Source: Catajapyx aquilonaris (lineage: Eukaryota). From it: a DNA stretch of 32,458 nt. The notes beneath the pieces were generated by a model that saw only the letters and a program-made list of their open reading frames with translations, was not told the DNA's origin and did not search any database. Positions within the stretch are counted from its first letter, which is position 1. Every line of letters starts with the position of its first letter. The stretch lies in contig KZ539134.1 of the NCBI GenBank assembly GCA_000934665.2, positions 1 through 32,458 of the forward strand. Reading direction: 5' to 3'. Shown one piece after another: positions 1-11,753 of this stretch. The position numbers were made by a program, and so were the translations under genes.

Positions 1-587
1 TCATTGAAAGCAATGGAAAAAGCGGCAAAAAGTGCGTCTTCGCGTGATTGTGATTTTGGTACCCCTTCAAATAAATATTAATAACTCGATAACTAAACTT
101 AATCTGGTAAAACTTATTGTTCCATAAGAGTTCAATTCGATGTGGGTTTCACATATATATTTTTCAAAAAAATCGATGACTATGACCTGACACCTTTTTT
201 CACTCACTGGCTGATCTGAAATGGAACCACCCATAGCATCATTTCCATGGGTAGTGCCTGCATTTTAAAATTTGTGGTAGGCATCATCAGCTTAACATGG
301 CAGATCTCACTTCTCTGATCAATTGGCAACTCTCCTGCCTACAGGTCGGAAGAACTAAGATCACTGGGGTCTACACCGGTGGGGGGCACAGGAAGGACAA
401 TCATAGAGAATATGGTACAGATCAAAAACTACCTAGAGATTGCTTGACAAAGCAATATCCAGGTTACCTATTCCTGACCTGCAAGTGACTTTGGCACCAA
501 TGGCTCATGAAAACAGTACATGAATAATTTTTAATGCAAGGAAAACTGTGTGTGTGTGGTTCATTACTATTACACATTTTATTTATA

Positions 588-962
588 CAGTAAAAACCTC
601 GATATAATACGTTCTCGCTTTTAACACTCCCTTTTTCCGGTCTCTTGATCAGTGGCGTAAGGGGGGTTGCTACCCCNCCCCCCCCCCCCCGACCCAAAAA
701 ATATAGTTCCAATCCGCAATTTTAAGGTGTTAAAACACACATGCGCAAATATTGTAGCTTGTGTGAGCTTGAACAGCATAAAATAATTTCGCCTGTGGTG
801 GGCCACTTCGTTCTTCCCTCGCATATCCCCCCCTTCCAAATTCCCTGGCTACGCCGCTGCTGATCATTTCCATAAAGAAACTTTCCTGCATATAACGCTA
901 TCCCGCTTATAACGCTACTTTTTGGGTGTTCCCTTGAAGAGCATTATATCGAGGTTTTACTG
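588..962. mobile_element. pogo/Tigger-like (Tc1/mariner superfamily) MITE
   Basis: TIRs CAGTAAAAACCTCGATATAAT ... ATTATATCGAGGTTTTACTG. TA on both sides (586-587, 963-964). No coding capacity. Confidence 0.8.
650..859. mobile_element. Small hAT-like MITE nested in the pogo-like MITE
   Basis: Ends CAGTGGCGTA ... TACGCCGCTG with subterminal G/C runs. No clean 8-bp TSD, so the superfamily is inferred. Confidence 0.55.
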
Positions 963-1134
963 TATTATTCATTCCACCTCCCGTCCCTTACCATCTTAGT
1001 TGGGTGGGAGGGAGGAGTTCCCCTTGAGATAGATGGACCCAGTTTTACTGGTAATAAAGATAACAACAACAACATCTACAACAACACATGTAATTGGATT
1101 GTATTAATGTATTAATAATGGTATTGGATTGCAT

Positions 1135-1158
1135 TTATTATTATTATTGTTATTATTA

Positions 1159-1191
<33 letters not shown>
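1135..1191. repeat. (TTA)n microsatellite with TTG interruptions
   Basis: Read directly. Confidence 0.95.
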
Positions 1192-1192
<1 letters not shown>

Positions 1193-1408
1193 GCAATCAA
1201 TAATGTACAGTGCAGAACACTTTCATGGGTCACCAGTCACAGGGTTCACTTTACCTACTCATTTGTGGCAATTTTGGGAAATTGTGTTACTGCCAAATAA
1301 TGCTGTAGGTACCATCCACTTTGTACCTAGCTTCTAAACTTGATGTATGGGGAACTTCTTCCCATCCAACTAAGATTGTAAGGGATGGGAGGTAGAATGA
1401 ATAATATA

Positions 1409-1979
1409 CAGGGTGGTCGGTAAATGGCGCACAAGCTTCAGGTAGCGAGATTCCTTGTGAAAAACCAGTACATGGAAGTGAAGGTCCTATTGCTCTACAA
1501 GGCCTGGTTAGGGCTCACAAGGCCTCCAAAGTTTGGGCCTAATCATGACGTCACATCCGCCCGCGAAATTCAAACACTACCGTATTGCTGCCGTACGCGG
1601 TGTGTTGCTAGGCGTTGCCATGTTGACACCCCCCCACATGTTCACCAAACAATGGAACCGTATAAACTCGTCTTGACGTTGCCATACCCTCGTCCTCGCG
1701 AGTTTATACGATGGTATGGCAACGTCCCCGTGAGTTTATACGGTTCCATTGTTTGGTGAACATGTGGGGGATGTCAACATGGCAACGCCGCGTACGGCAG
1801 CGATACGGTAGTGTTTGAATTTCGCAGGCGGATGTGACGTCATGATTAGGCCCAAACTTTGGAGGCCTCGTGAGCCCTAACCAGGCCTCGTAGAGCAATA
1901 TGACCTTCACTTCCATATACTGGTTTTTCACAAGGAATCTCGCTACCTGAAGCTTGTGCGCCATTTACCGACCACCCTG
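1409..1979. mobile_element. Tc1/mariner-type foldback MITE (571 bp, almost fully palindromic)
   Basis: Begins CAGGGTGGTCGGTAAATGGCG and ends CGCCATTTACCGACCACCCTG. TA at 1407-1408 and 1980-1981. Arms of about 250 bp, which explains the mirrored ORFs 1424+ and 1964-. Inner stem GACGTTGCCATACC/GGTATGGCAACGTC. Confidence 0.9.
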
Positions 1980-2041
1980 TATAAATAAAATGTGTAATAA
2001 TAATGAACCACACACACACAGACTGGTGCACCATAAGCTCA

Positions 2042-2260
2042 GGGGACATTGATCACAACTTTTCTAACCTAGACCTAATCTAACCTACCCTACCATACCT
2101 TACCTTACCTTACCTTACCTTACCTTACCTAACCTACCCAACGTATAACCTTAGCCGAGATAAATGGAATTTTCGAAAACCCAATTGTGGGGACATGTTC
2201 CTACTAAAATAGTACCGAATCAGTTTTATTAGCTGTGGGGACAGGAAAATGTCCCCACAG
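2042..2260. repeat. Repeat with TAACC/TTACC pentamer array, GGGGACA motifs and a terminal hairpin
   Basis: Pentamer array at about 2064-2150. GGGGACA near 2042, 2189 and 2237. Perfect 11-bp stem CTGTGGGGACA-GGAAAA-TGTCCCCACAG at 2233-2260. Confidence 0.55.
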
Positions 2261-2396
2261 TTACAGAGTAGATGTTAGCATTATTAGTTGAATTTATATC
2301 TATTATATGGTATTGATTTTATAATAGCATCTAGGGTAATTAAAATTATGGCATACTAAATTACATTTAACTACTTTCCTGGCTTATCAAATCCAG

Positions 2397-2648
2397 GGCT
2401 TGGTAGTTCCGGTACTGCGAAATGTGGAATCAATGGACTACGCCCAGATAGAGAAGGCCCTATTCGACCTTGGAGACAAAGCGAAGAAAAACGCCCTTGC
2501 CATTGAGGACATGGATGGCGGCACCTTCACTATTTCCAATGGCGGGGTTTTCGGATCCATGTTTGGGACACCAATCATCAATCCCCCACAGTCTGCCATC
2601 TTGGGGATGCATGGGATCTTTGAACGACCAATAGCCAAGGCCGGACAG
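2397..2648 (+). CDS. DLST: Dihydrolipoamide succinyltransferase (2-oxoglutarate dehydrogenase E2), penultimate coding exon; 5' part of the gene lies upstream of the window
   Basis: CAG|GGC acceptor and CAG|GTGAGA donor, 84 codons. GLVVPVLRN...[35 protein letters not shown] is the E2o catalytic-domain signature. Confidence 0.95.
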
Positions 2649-3228
2649 GTGAGAGAGTTCAGTACTTATGGTTGTTGCAAGGCTCCTTTACGTTAGTCAC
2701 TTCAGTGGCCTGAAATTTGGTGAAAGGCAACTGAATATCTTGCTGCTGGTCACCCCTCCTCTAAAAGTATGTCATGCTGCTGTGGAACCCCTGCAACCAT
2801 TAGGTTTTGCTCCCCACAAAAATTAGTTTGTTATTGAACCTGCAGCTAAATTTTTTGATACCTTTGTTTTTTTGAGAAATATTGAGAGTGACATCATGCT
2901 TTTCCAAACCCCTCGTACCCACACCTTACAACCCATCATGCTGGAGACAACCTCTCACTCCATACCAGCACGACATATACTGTACTCTATGGACAACCCC
3001 TTAGCTTGAGTGTCATTTTTAAAGTATTTTGGTTTAGTCATTGCTCTAGGTCAAGTTTACTTTGGGCCATGATTCCTGTAGAGGTTTCAAGGGATTTGTG
3101 GCAAGTAGTTGGTTACCACATTGCTGTTAGCTCAAGGTAAATCATTTGGGGCCTTGGAAGCAGTCAAAAGAATGAAAGTAGTGTATGCAGGGCAGCTCCA
3201 TGTCACTTCCCCCCTAGTCATATGGATA

Positions 3229-3453
3229 CGGTAGTTTAATTACTGTGTGATCGCCAGGCTGGGAATTTGGCGCTGGCGGCGCTACATTGTTCGCTATCCG
3301 CCATGTTTTTCAAGGCGCACTCTAGTGGTAAGTCTGCGGAGGGAAAGAAAGATCCAGCCAATTGCGGCAGACTACCCACTACCTACCACAGGAGTTGCAC
3401 CTTGAACAAGATGGCGTCTTAGCGAACAATGTGACACAGTTATTACACTACCG
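3229..3453. mobile_element. TA-flanked foldback MITE in the DLST intron
   Basis: TIRs CGGTAGTTTAATTACTGTGT / ACACAGTTATTACACTACCG. TA at 3227-3228 and 3454-3455. Internal inverted blocks ACATTGTTCGCTA / TAGCGAACAATGT. Confidence 0.75.
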
Positions 3454-3516
3454 TATTCTCAGGAGTGTCATAGGGCTGATGCAGGGAATGGAAGTGGTAA
3501 TCAAACATTTTCATAT

Positions 3517-4401
3517 CCTCCTGAGACCTGGTGTCGACATCAGCAAATAAATTTTTTGGCGCCAACTAGTGATGCCAACAGAACTGTAATCTGTTGGTAT
3601 CCCATGATTACAAACTGGCCTCAATAGGTGTAGCCACCTGGTGTCGAATATCTGACTTGGGCTGCGAAAATGGAATCACTTATGAAAATGACAGATTCCG
3701 CTGCTGAAGCTAGGCGCTCATCTGATAAGTTTTATTTTTATACTCATATTTAGAGTGCGACTTTTGCAATGCAGTGAATGTCCTGGGATTCTCAAGGAAT
3801 GTGTATTAGGAAATATGAAAAGACGTGTCTGTGACAATCTTTGTTGCTGTAGAGAACTGGTAATTTTCTTTCCTTCCTGAGACCAAATGCCCATTTAAAT
3901 GGACACCGAAATTATTGTTTTTAGCTGAATGGGCTGTGGCATTTCTTTAAGTGCCTGTACCTATACAGCCATAAGGAAGTGTGCTTTGCACTACACATCA
4001 GTTTTAAAATCTAGGATAGCAAGGTATACCATGCTAGGTGATAAGAAGGGAAGGAGCAAGCCCCATGGCTGGAGTGGTGGCATTCAAAAATAATTTCATT
4101 TATCTTTAATTGTATTCTGAGAGGAATTGCTACCACTAATTCCACAAATGAATTTTAAAAACATTGTTTTGAGGATAGAGCACTATGTTAGTGATCCATT
4201 AAGTGGTATTTAAATTTTCAGCTTTCATCCGTTCTGCTTTTGTAGCAGCAATTGGGTCCTAATGTTCTTATTGGTTGTTTGTCACTATTTTTGTCGATAT
4301 TTTAACACTAATTTTTTTTTCTCGTTTCTTATTGGGAAAATGTTCAGAAAATGCAATAGGAACTGACATTGCGTTAAAAATTCTTCTCGGGTTTTAGGAG
4401 G
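3517..4401. mobile_element. Non-autonomous DNA transposon (piggyBac-like ends), more decayed copy 1
   Basis: Colinear with 19394-20290 over its whole length. Ends CCTCCTGAGACC ... GGGTTTTAGGAGG. Flanks ATAT / TTAT. Confidence 0.85.
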
Positions 4402-5999
4402 TTATAGGTTGGGAGAGTTTTGCAGGGTATTGAATTTGGTTGTGCAACATAGCCAATATTGCTTATCATGGACATTAGATCATAGAGCTGTCTTTAAGAG
4501 ACATAAGAGGTTCACTACCCTTTAGAAACATTTTAATCTCACCCAGGTGTAATTCAGTGCACAATACATGAGGAACCAACCTTGTTTCACAATATAGTAG
4601 GATGCACATGGAATCATCCATTGTAGTGTTATTTTTGTTACCCAGTTGAGCTCCTGCTTGAATTTCAGTTAAAATTGTGCAGGCAGAGGCCATAAGGTTA
4701 GCTGCTGTGTCAGGAAGGATGTATTTTCCTCCCAGTCAGGCTGCTCATCTGAAATGTCCAAAATCCAGGGTAGAGTGGATGAAAGAAGGGGAGGCTCTTA
4801 TGTTTTATAGGCCAGGTGCAAGCCATGCCATATGTGAGAACAATGGATGGGTGTATGCTCCTCCTATTCTTGCAACTTTTCAGCCGCCATAGCTGTCACA
4901 TTGCCTAGTTTGCACTGGGTCCTAGTGTCAAATTGTGAGAGAGGTGACATGCAAAAGTGGTAGTAACTAAGGTATTAAGGAATTTTTATTGGTGCATTAT
5001 AACTGTAACATCACAGATCAATCAGAGATAATTAATAAGGTTGTGTTTAGGATTGAACTAGGCTGCTTTCATGTGTGGGTCATATTGTTAGTGTTGCAGA
5101 TGTGCCACCCTGAGAACAAAAAGCATCAAGAATGGTCAAAAAATTATTTTCTTTGAAGTGAATAAATTAAACAGATGTGACAATGTACTGTCATGTTTAC
5201 AGTTAGGCTGCTCTTTAGGCTGCTGTAAAGATTCTTTCCGCAATTAATGAGTTGTCGGTGTAAAGCATAGCCTTTAGTAGTCAAGACTGGAAGAGCTGAC
5301 GTGCAGCACCCAGTTTTGAATACATAAAGAATACACAATCAGAATTCATCCAAGTGACAATGGCACCTCAGATGTGATCCTACCTTCTGCTAAGTCAGAA
5401 TTCCATATTACCCCACATATTGTGGCATGCTGGTAAAACGAGAGGGACTAGATTTTATAAAATCAAATGCGCATCAGGTGGCTTTACTGCCATTTCAATG
5501 TAGATAGGGAATTTTGTCTACATTTTACCTGCAAATGATACATCAAGTGAAAACTAAAATTTCTTCAGGAAGGCTGGGGGTATAGAAACCCTCTCATTCT
5601 CCATATAAGTCAGCACCCATTTGTGACTTTGTGCTAGCACTTCACAACGTTTTACAAAGTGCGAACCTTGTCACTTTCTGAGCAAGATTTAATTTCGTCA
5701 ATAAGCATGAGTTCACAATTACACTTTACTTCTAACCTGCCAGTCATTTTTCCCCACAGCACAAGGCATTGTTGTAGGCATCCAGAAGATGCTAAAAGAT
5801 AAAATATCAAATAATTTTTAAGGAAAAGGGAATATTAAATACCTTTTTTCATGTGTTTTACCACTTTCAAACACCATCAGCAGTGCAATAAAGATTTTAG
5901 TTAATAAAGATGAGTATGTTTTGTAATGCTCCCAACAGGGGCCACAGGCCTGTAATAGAACATACTATTATCATCATGCCATATGATGTGTTTTTCTAT

Positions 6000-6336
6000 C
6001 ACTTTCATTCAGTTTTCACTTAGTAAGTGGGAAAAAAGAATAATTTTTTCCGTCTATAACAGGTGGGAAATATGCCTTTTCAATTTAAAATGCCCTAATT
6101 TCCACTTAAAGCATTTTAAAAAAATCACATTTTCACTTATTTTAAGTGGAAATGACAGCAGTTGTAAGTGACAAAAACCCTGCCTTACTTCTACTTAAAA
6201 TAAGTGGAAAATTGACGTTTTTGCTTTTTTATTGGACGTTATGGCAGTTTTCTGTGGAAAAAGCATATTTTTTCACTAGTGAGGGGCATTTTTTGGTCAT
6301 TTTTTCCACTTACCAAGTGGAAACTGAACCAGAGTG
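6000..6336. mobile_element. Degenerate MITE with AAGTGGAAA subrepeats
   Basis: Imperfect terminal inverted repeats of about 37 bp (CACTTTCATTCAGTTTTCACTTAGTAAGTGGGAAAAA versus the reverse complement of the right end CACTCTGGTTCAGTTTCCACTTGGTAAGTGGAAAAAA). Confidence 0.5.
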
Positions 6337-6635
6337 TAGCATACCTGATGTTTTCCTTGGCATTTTCCAACCTACATAATCTCAACTTATGTTATTTGTG
6401 TCCGAACCAATTACTGAGTAACTTCAGGAATGTTAAGTGTGTCTGTATGTGACAGTTTATGTGTATTTTCCTATGCCAGTGGCCAGCAGAAATGGTCTTG
6501 AGAATAATATCGGTAGTTGTAAATGAGGTTCATATGCTTTATTCTCAAAAATGGGTGTGTACAATGTTGCACAATCATGAAGGATGAAGACGAGATTTAT
6601 TAAATGTCCATTTTAGGTGAACTAGGACTTAATAC

Positions 6636-7050
6636 AATTGTCGCGCGGTACGGCAAAAACACCTAAGTTCCAAAAATATAATTGTTGAGAAGGTTATTTT
6701 TGATTGACTAGAAATGAGAACTCCCTGTAAATGAGATAGTGTATTACCAAGGAACCCTGACATGTGGTGCCATGGCGTAAGCATCTACATATTGAAAATA
6801 GCCCACCGTTAGCATGACAAAAATTCCTAAAATGTGACCTGGGAATGAAAACACCTAAGTGGCCATGCGCCTTGCAACGTCACCACTCTGCACCTCTTTG
6901 GAAATGTTACATTTTTTACAAAGCTATTGTCAAACGGGGCTAGAATAATAGGGTGCTGGCACGGGGAGACACTAAGGACCCATTTCATTCCACAAACTTG
7001 AATTTGCCAAATTTGGCACTTAGGTGTTTCTGCCATACCACACTACAATT
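6636..7050. mobile_element. MITE with terminal inverted repeats of about 40 bp
   Basis: AATTGTCGCGCGGTACGGCAAAAACACCTAAGTTCCAAA versus the reverse complement of the right end AATTGTAGTGTGGTATGGCAGAAACACCTAAGTGCCAAA. Three differences are CpG/TpG transitions. TSD not resolved. Confidence 0.7.
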
Positions 7051-7348
7051 ATTCAGCCTTGTTTTGTCGTGAATGCATTGTTCTTGCTGGGTATTCCTTT
7101 TAAAGTATGCAACTCCCTTTGTACTGGCTCCAGAATCTTGACATGTTCTAGTCTCAACATTGCCTGTTGAAAGGTATTACTGTGGCATTCATGCTAGAGT
7201 TAAAGTTTTGAATACCTCTATGTGGTAATGCAGTAATTGTTATAAGGGTTTGTCTTTTGGGAATAATGATATGTCTAAATGTACATCTTGCAAAATAATT
7301 TTGGTCCCTCTAATTATGCATTGTCCATTTTTATTACTCCTGTTCTAG

Positions 7349-7483
7349 GTGGTGATCCGCCCCATGATGTATGTGGCACTGACCTATGACCACCGCCTGA
7401 TTGATGGTCGTGAGGCAGTCTACTTCCTGCGCAAGATTAAGTCTGCTGTGGAAGATCCTCGATCCCTATTGCTTGGCTTGTGA
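7349..7483 (+). CDS. DLST: DLST terminal coding exon (absent from the ORF track)
   Basis: TTCTAG|GTG acceptor in phase 0. [44 protein letters not shown] contains the catalytic DHRLIDG motif. Confidence 0.95.
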   Translation: MVIRPMMYVALTYDHRLIDGREAVYFLRKIKSAVEDPRSLLLGL

Positions 7484-8059
7484 ACAGCTGTATCTTTTGC
7501 TTTGAAATGGATGAAGAACAAAGCTAAGTTATTTGGAAGTTGCAAAATTGTAGTGGATACTGGTGTAGAGAAAGTGAGACTTGAGTGCATGGGAAGATGT
7601 TGCCAGCCCATGTTGCACCTGAGCAAAGTATTTCTGCTGAAAGGACGGAGGGAGAAAAAAGTGTGAGGCTAGGCTCAAGAATTGAGCCCCCTCCCAATTT
7701 TTTTGTTCTTGACCGTCACTTTCATTCAAGGAGAGTTGATCCCGAAATAAAGAAAATATTCGTCATATTTCTCAACCATATTAATTGGATTTCTACAGCC
7801 AAACTCGGGAAAATCCTAGTCACTTCAGTAGAGGTGTTTTTGAGTGCTTAATGAAATATATCCAGTCTGGCTCCGACACTTAACAAATGATTGTTACATT
7901 TTGTACTGTCAGGAGGGAACATATTCGATGATTGTACTAGCTAGCTTAAAATTCAAATTTTCCTCCCTCTGCTTTACTGTTCCCTTGCAACCAACTCACA
8001 ACTGTAGTGTTAAGGTGACTCCCATCAGGGCTGTGGCTGCATGAGTCACTCATGTCACG

Positions 8060-8076
8060 AATAAAAAGAAAATAAA
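8060..8076 (+). terminator. Candidate polyadenylation signals of DLST
   Basis: AATAAA at 8060-8065 and 8071-8076; another at 7746-7751. Usage unknown. Confidence 0.4.
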
Positions 8077-9306
8077 GACAAGCAATGAGTGTGCTTATTT
8101 CTGAGCACCAGCAACCAACCTGTTTTTACACCTTGTCGTACATTATGCAAAAAAAAAAAAAATGAAAGTTTTCGCTCTAAAAAGTCAGGTGATTTCTATA
8201 TTTGCTTCTGAAGGACACGTTTGGACCTTAAACATGTGAGTGGCAACTGACAATTTCCTCAACTGATTTGAAGCAGGTTATTAGGGACAATAAAACCATT
8301 ACTGTTCTTGTGGGCATGGAAGGAAGTGCTATTGAAATTTTATTTTGAATTGTATTGACATCACAATTGTTATACAAGTGAGGTCGGATTGAATTGCGAA
8401 TGTCTAATAATGTTAGAATTTATATGCCACAATGATGAGCTGAAATGCAAAATAATTATCCCACCTTGATAAGCAAGCTGGGAAGAACATGAAAAGGCAT
8501 CCCATACTGATGCAGCATCAGCACGAATGTCCTCAATCATATATTTTTCTAATATGTTGTAACCGGCTGCACAGGATTCTGGGATTCTTGTTTGGTGATT
8601 CATTAAGTTAATGTTCATTTCATGTTTATCACAAATTTGTAGTCAATCAGAGCTTATGTAATCCTTCCTGTTGAGCCTGGGCAGAGAGGGACTGCATATT
8701 TTCCCAGACACATTTCAGAAGAGCACAAAAAGAGGCCAAGCCATGATCATTCTGACTGGACAGTAGCTTTACCACTAACTTGCAGTGACGCCTCAATACC
8801 AGTGGTAGTATGAAATTAACGATTGCATCACTTTCAAGATGTCATTGTCCTAAATTATATAAAAAATTACCTGGCGAAATGGCAGTTGTCATATGTTGAA
8901 CACTGCATCTAATTTTATGAGTTTTATTGCTGAAGTGGTTTCACCTCTGTAATCTAAGCTTTGCATACCACAGCTAATAATAGGTATTTTGTGTCTCTTG
9001 AGATTTTCATGCTGGTGGCATCTCTGAACATTGCATTTTCCTAGACAGGACATACGCCCTCGCAAATTGTGACCTTGATATCGTCTAAGAAAATTGCCAG
9101 GAAAAGCTACTTTTGAGATTCACGTGTAATGGATTCTGCATATGGGGGAATCTTGCCCATTACTCTGTCAAAGTGGATGGTCTCAATAAGGTAGATGAGA
9201 GTTGATGGATTAGTCCTCCTTGATATTTTTTTTGGTTTGTTTTTTTTGTTGTTGTTTTTTAGCACAATGCATGTATGTGGGAAGTGGAAGAATATAATCT
9301 TAACCC

Positions 9307-9310
<4 letters not shown>

Positions 9311-9358
<48 letters not shown>
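9311..9358. repeat. (AC)24 microsatellite
   Basis: Read directly. Confidence 0.97.
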
Positions 9359-9363
<5 letters not shown>

Positions 9364-11615
9364 ATTACTGTATGCCACAGCACTGCGAGATGGTCACTGA
9401 TTTTGTTTACATCACGTTATTGGCTTGGGTAGGGTAACACCAGGTCCAGGTGTAATAGAAACCTGCTGTTGGAGAATATTTTTGCAAAATTATTAAGGCA
9501 GTCCAACATTCACAGATTTTACTGGATATTGCGGTGGAGTTTTGTTTGTGAGCATATCCCGCAGCATACACTGTAGGGCAGATGAACTCTTGGCATGAGA
9601 AGCATGTGCAGTATAGAAGTTCTGTTGTAGTTTCTTTAGGACAGTGCCCTTCCAATGCGAATCACCTGTACTGGCATACCGGTTACATTGTTTTAAAAAA
9701 TAGTAGCAGTGCAGCCTTTGTTAATTTTGCGTCATTGAACGAGCAATCAATCTGACAGATCAAATAAATTGAATGGCAACATGAGCACTTCCATCCCATG
9801 TCAAGTGATTCATGATCTGCAATTAGTAATTATTCCGTTGCCACCTATTCTCTACATGTTGGTATGTAGAGCAAGAAAAGTATGCAGGAATATGAAACTG
9901 CAAGAACAATGGGTTTCATCCTGGATATTGTACATTGGACTGCTATTTTTCATTTGTCAACTACCACTACCGCATTCCAAGATCGGGTCCTATTGTGGCC
10001 AACTATGACAAGTGCTGTGGATCTCCGAATATGTACGCGCGCTTCCCCGCAAAATATCTTCGCACACTGGAAGGACAAACAGGGTTGCTCAACATGACCC
10101 AGATTATATTACTGCGAGGTACTTGATGAAATATCGAGCCTGAAGGCAACTCGACAGCGCCACGAAATGAATGACAGGTACCGTAGCCCCGCGGTTTTGC
10201 GGCTTCTCCCAACCACGTGATCTCGAAAGTGAGTTGTAAATGGCCGTTGACGTCAGGCTGGAATTTTCAATCGAAACCATTCTCTTGTACCTCCTCCGGG
10301 GTTCAATGGGCTCTGACGTCAATCCAGGTGAACGGGGTTGCTTCTTTGGGCATACCTTGTAGGTGACTGTTGACGGAACATCGCAGACTAGTCCGAAGTG
10401 GTATCAAAAAATGGGTGGTCATCCACGTAACATTTGAGGTAGGATGGTGGAGGTTAGGCAAAGGGCAAGGTCACCTTCGGAATCATTTCGGCCCATCATC
10501 CTAATCGAATGATGGTTCTGTCCACTTGGGTTTTGCGGTGTAATTGGCTTCAGAGAATTGGAGGACTCTTTTCCCACTCTTGTTACTGGAAAATTGCGGA
10601 TGACGTGATACGAGGGCAAAACAAACTATGGACACACACAAAAAAAATGGGGTTTGGCCTCTCCTCATTCTCACGTGGTCCTAGTAGCACCAGAAGAGCG
10701 ACCTTGACCTTTCAGAACGGCCTTGGACCCAAATTTGATTCGACCATGTGTACACCCTTTCAATGCGAATTTATAGTTCTAAAAATCATGTTTATTGTTA
10801 TATTATAAATTAGCATTAGAGCCGGTTTTACATCGATTTTCGTCCTCATCTTTTTGATCGGGACTGTACTGTACTGCACGCAAATTCGAGCCGTAAAACC
10901 GCAATCACACCGCAGGTTTCCAATTTCCGCTGATGCATTTTGGCCAGCAACACTCGATTACTGCCAAGGGCCCCAACAATGAACACTTGCCAAGGATCGA
11001 GATGCTAAAGGCTGCTGCTGGGAAAGAGGGGTCTCTCGTCTAAAGGGCGGAACGCGGAAAAGTAGGCCATTTTTATTATTCGGGGGGGCTCTAATTGGTA
11101 GTGCTGTTTTTTTTTTATATTTACGATTATTACAGCCCTGCCGGCCTTGGCGATCTATCCTTGGGGCGGTTTTTGTTTAAAATAGAGGGAGGAGGGGGGA
11201 GGTTCTGCACAGCGGAAGATAGTAATTTGGTACATTGTGCAGGTTGGCAAGTCAACTAGGACTGCAATGCCCCAGGTATGACATGGGGTTGGAAAATCCC
11301 CGGTGTCGGAAACACTTGACGTAGGTTCCAATCCATAGGAATTAAACCACAACCGGTGACGTTCGATAACTTCAGTAGAAAGCGGCTTGGCAGGAAGATC
11401 AAACCGCGGACAAAAAAAAAAATGGCGGGACGTCACACTACCCAATTAGTAATTTAATGACATAATTTGGAGGAGTCAAACAAGACCAGCGGCTTATCAA
11501 GGGGGATTTCCCCTGTGGCCCATTGCACTTGAAACTCCTTTTAGTGGTGGGGTATGTGGCCAGTTGAAATTCTGGGGATTCCTGGCCTTTTCCCATCGTG
11601 CCTTTGGGTGTTGTT

Positions 11616-11701
11616 TGACGTCATTGATTCTAAAGGGGGGTGGGAACACGTGACTAGCGCGGAGCATAAAACGGGGCTACTTGAATGCGCCGAGCTCATT
11701 G
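11616..11701 (+). promoter_or_regulatory. Putative core promoter of the ADC/black gene
   Basis: CRE TGACGTCA 11616-11623, E-box CACGTGAC 11647-11654, TATA-like CATAAAA 11665-11671, and Inr-like TCATTG 11696-11701 about 30 nt downstream. Confidence 0.55.
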
Positions 11702-11753
11702 TGACTTGTGTCTGGACATCTGTAGCATCGGAGCTTAGTGTCGTCGGATTTAG
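11698..11753 (+). other. Putative non-coding first exon of ADC/black
   Basis: Ends at consensus donor TAG|GTGAGT (11753/11754). Matching acceptor CACTTCCTAG| at 12150, 15 nt before the ATG. Confidence 0.55.

Larger units (their letters stand above)
546..2021. repeat. Old inverted repeat with both arms interrupted by younger MITEs
   Basis: 546-587 is the reverse complement of 1980-2021 (41/42). 963-1023 is the reverse complement of 1349-1406 (about 90%, one 3-nt gap). Confidence 0.8.

Noticed and set aside
1..235. Possible right end of a MITE (…CTGAAATGGAACCACCC)
   Set aside because: The partner end is outside the window, so no TIR or TSD can be verified.
1424..1964. Near-identical ORFs on opposite strands (MAHKLQVARF…)
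   Set aside because: Artefact of the palindromic MITE; no protein motif.
2870..3003. Harbinger-like MITE end TATGGACAACCCC-TTA
   Set aside because: Only one end is recognisable.
5340..5790. Possible decayed P-element/THAP9 fragment on the minus strand (RGFLYP-like peptide)
   Set aside because: Many stops and only a 6-residue resemblance; needs tblastn/HMM.
8200..10130. Coding-like composition and scattered splice-like signals between DLST and ADC
   Set aside because: No consistent frame or recognisable motif; could be UTR, pseudogene or TE debris.
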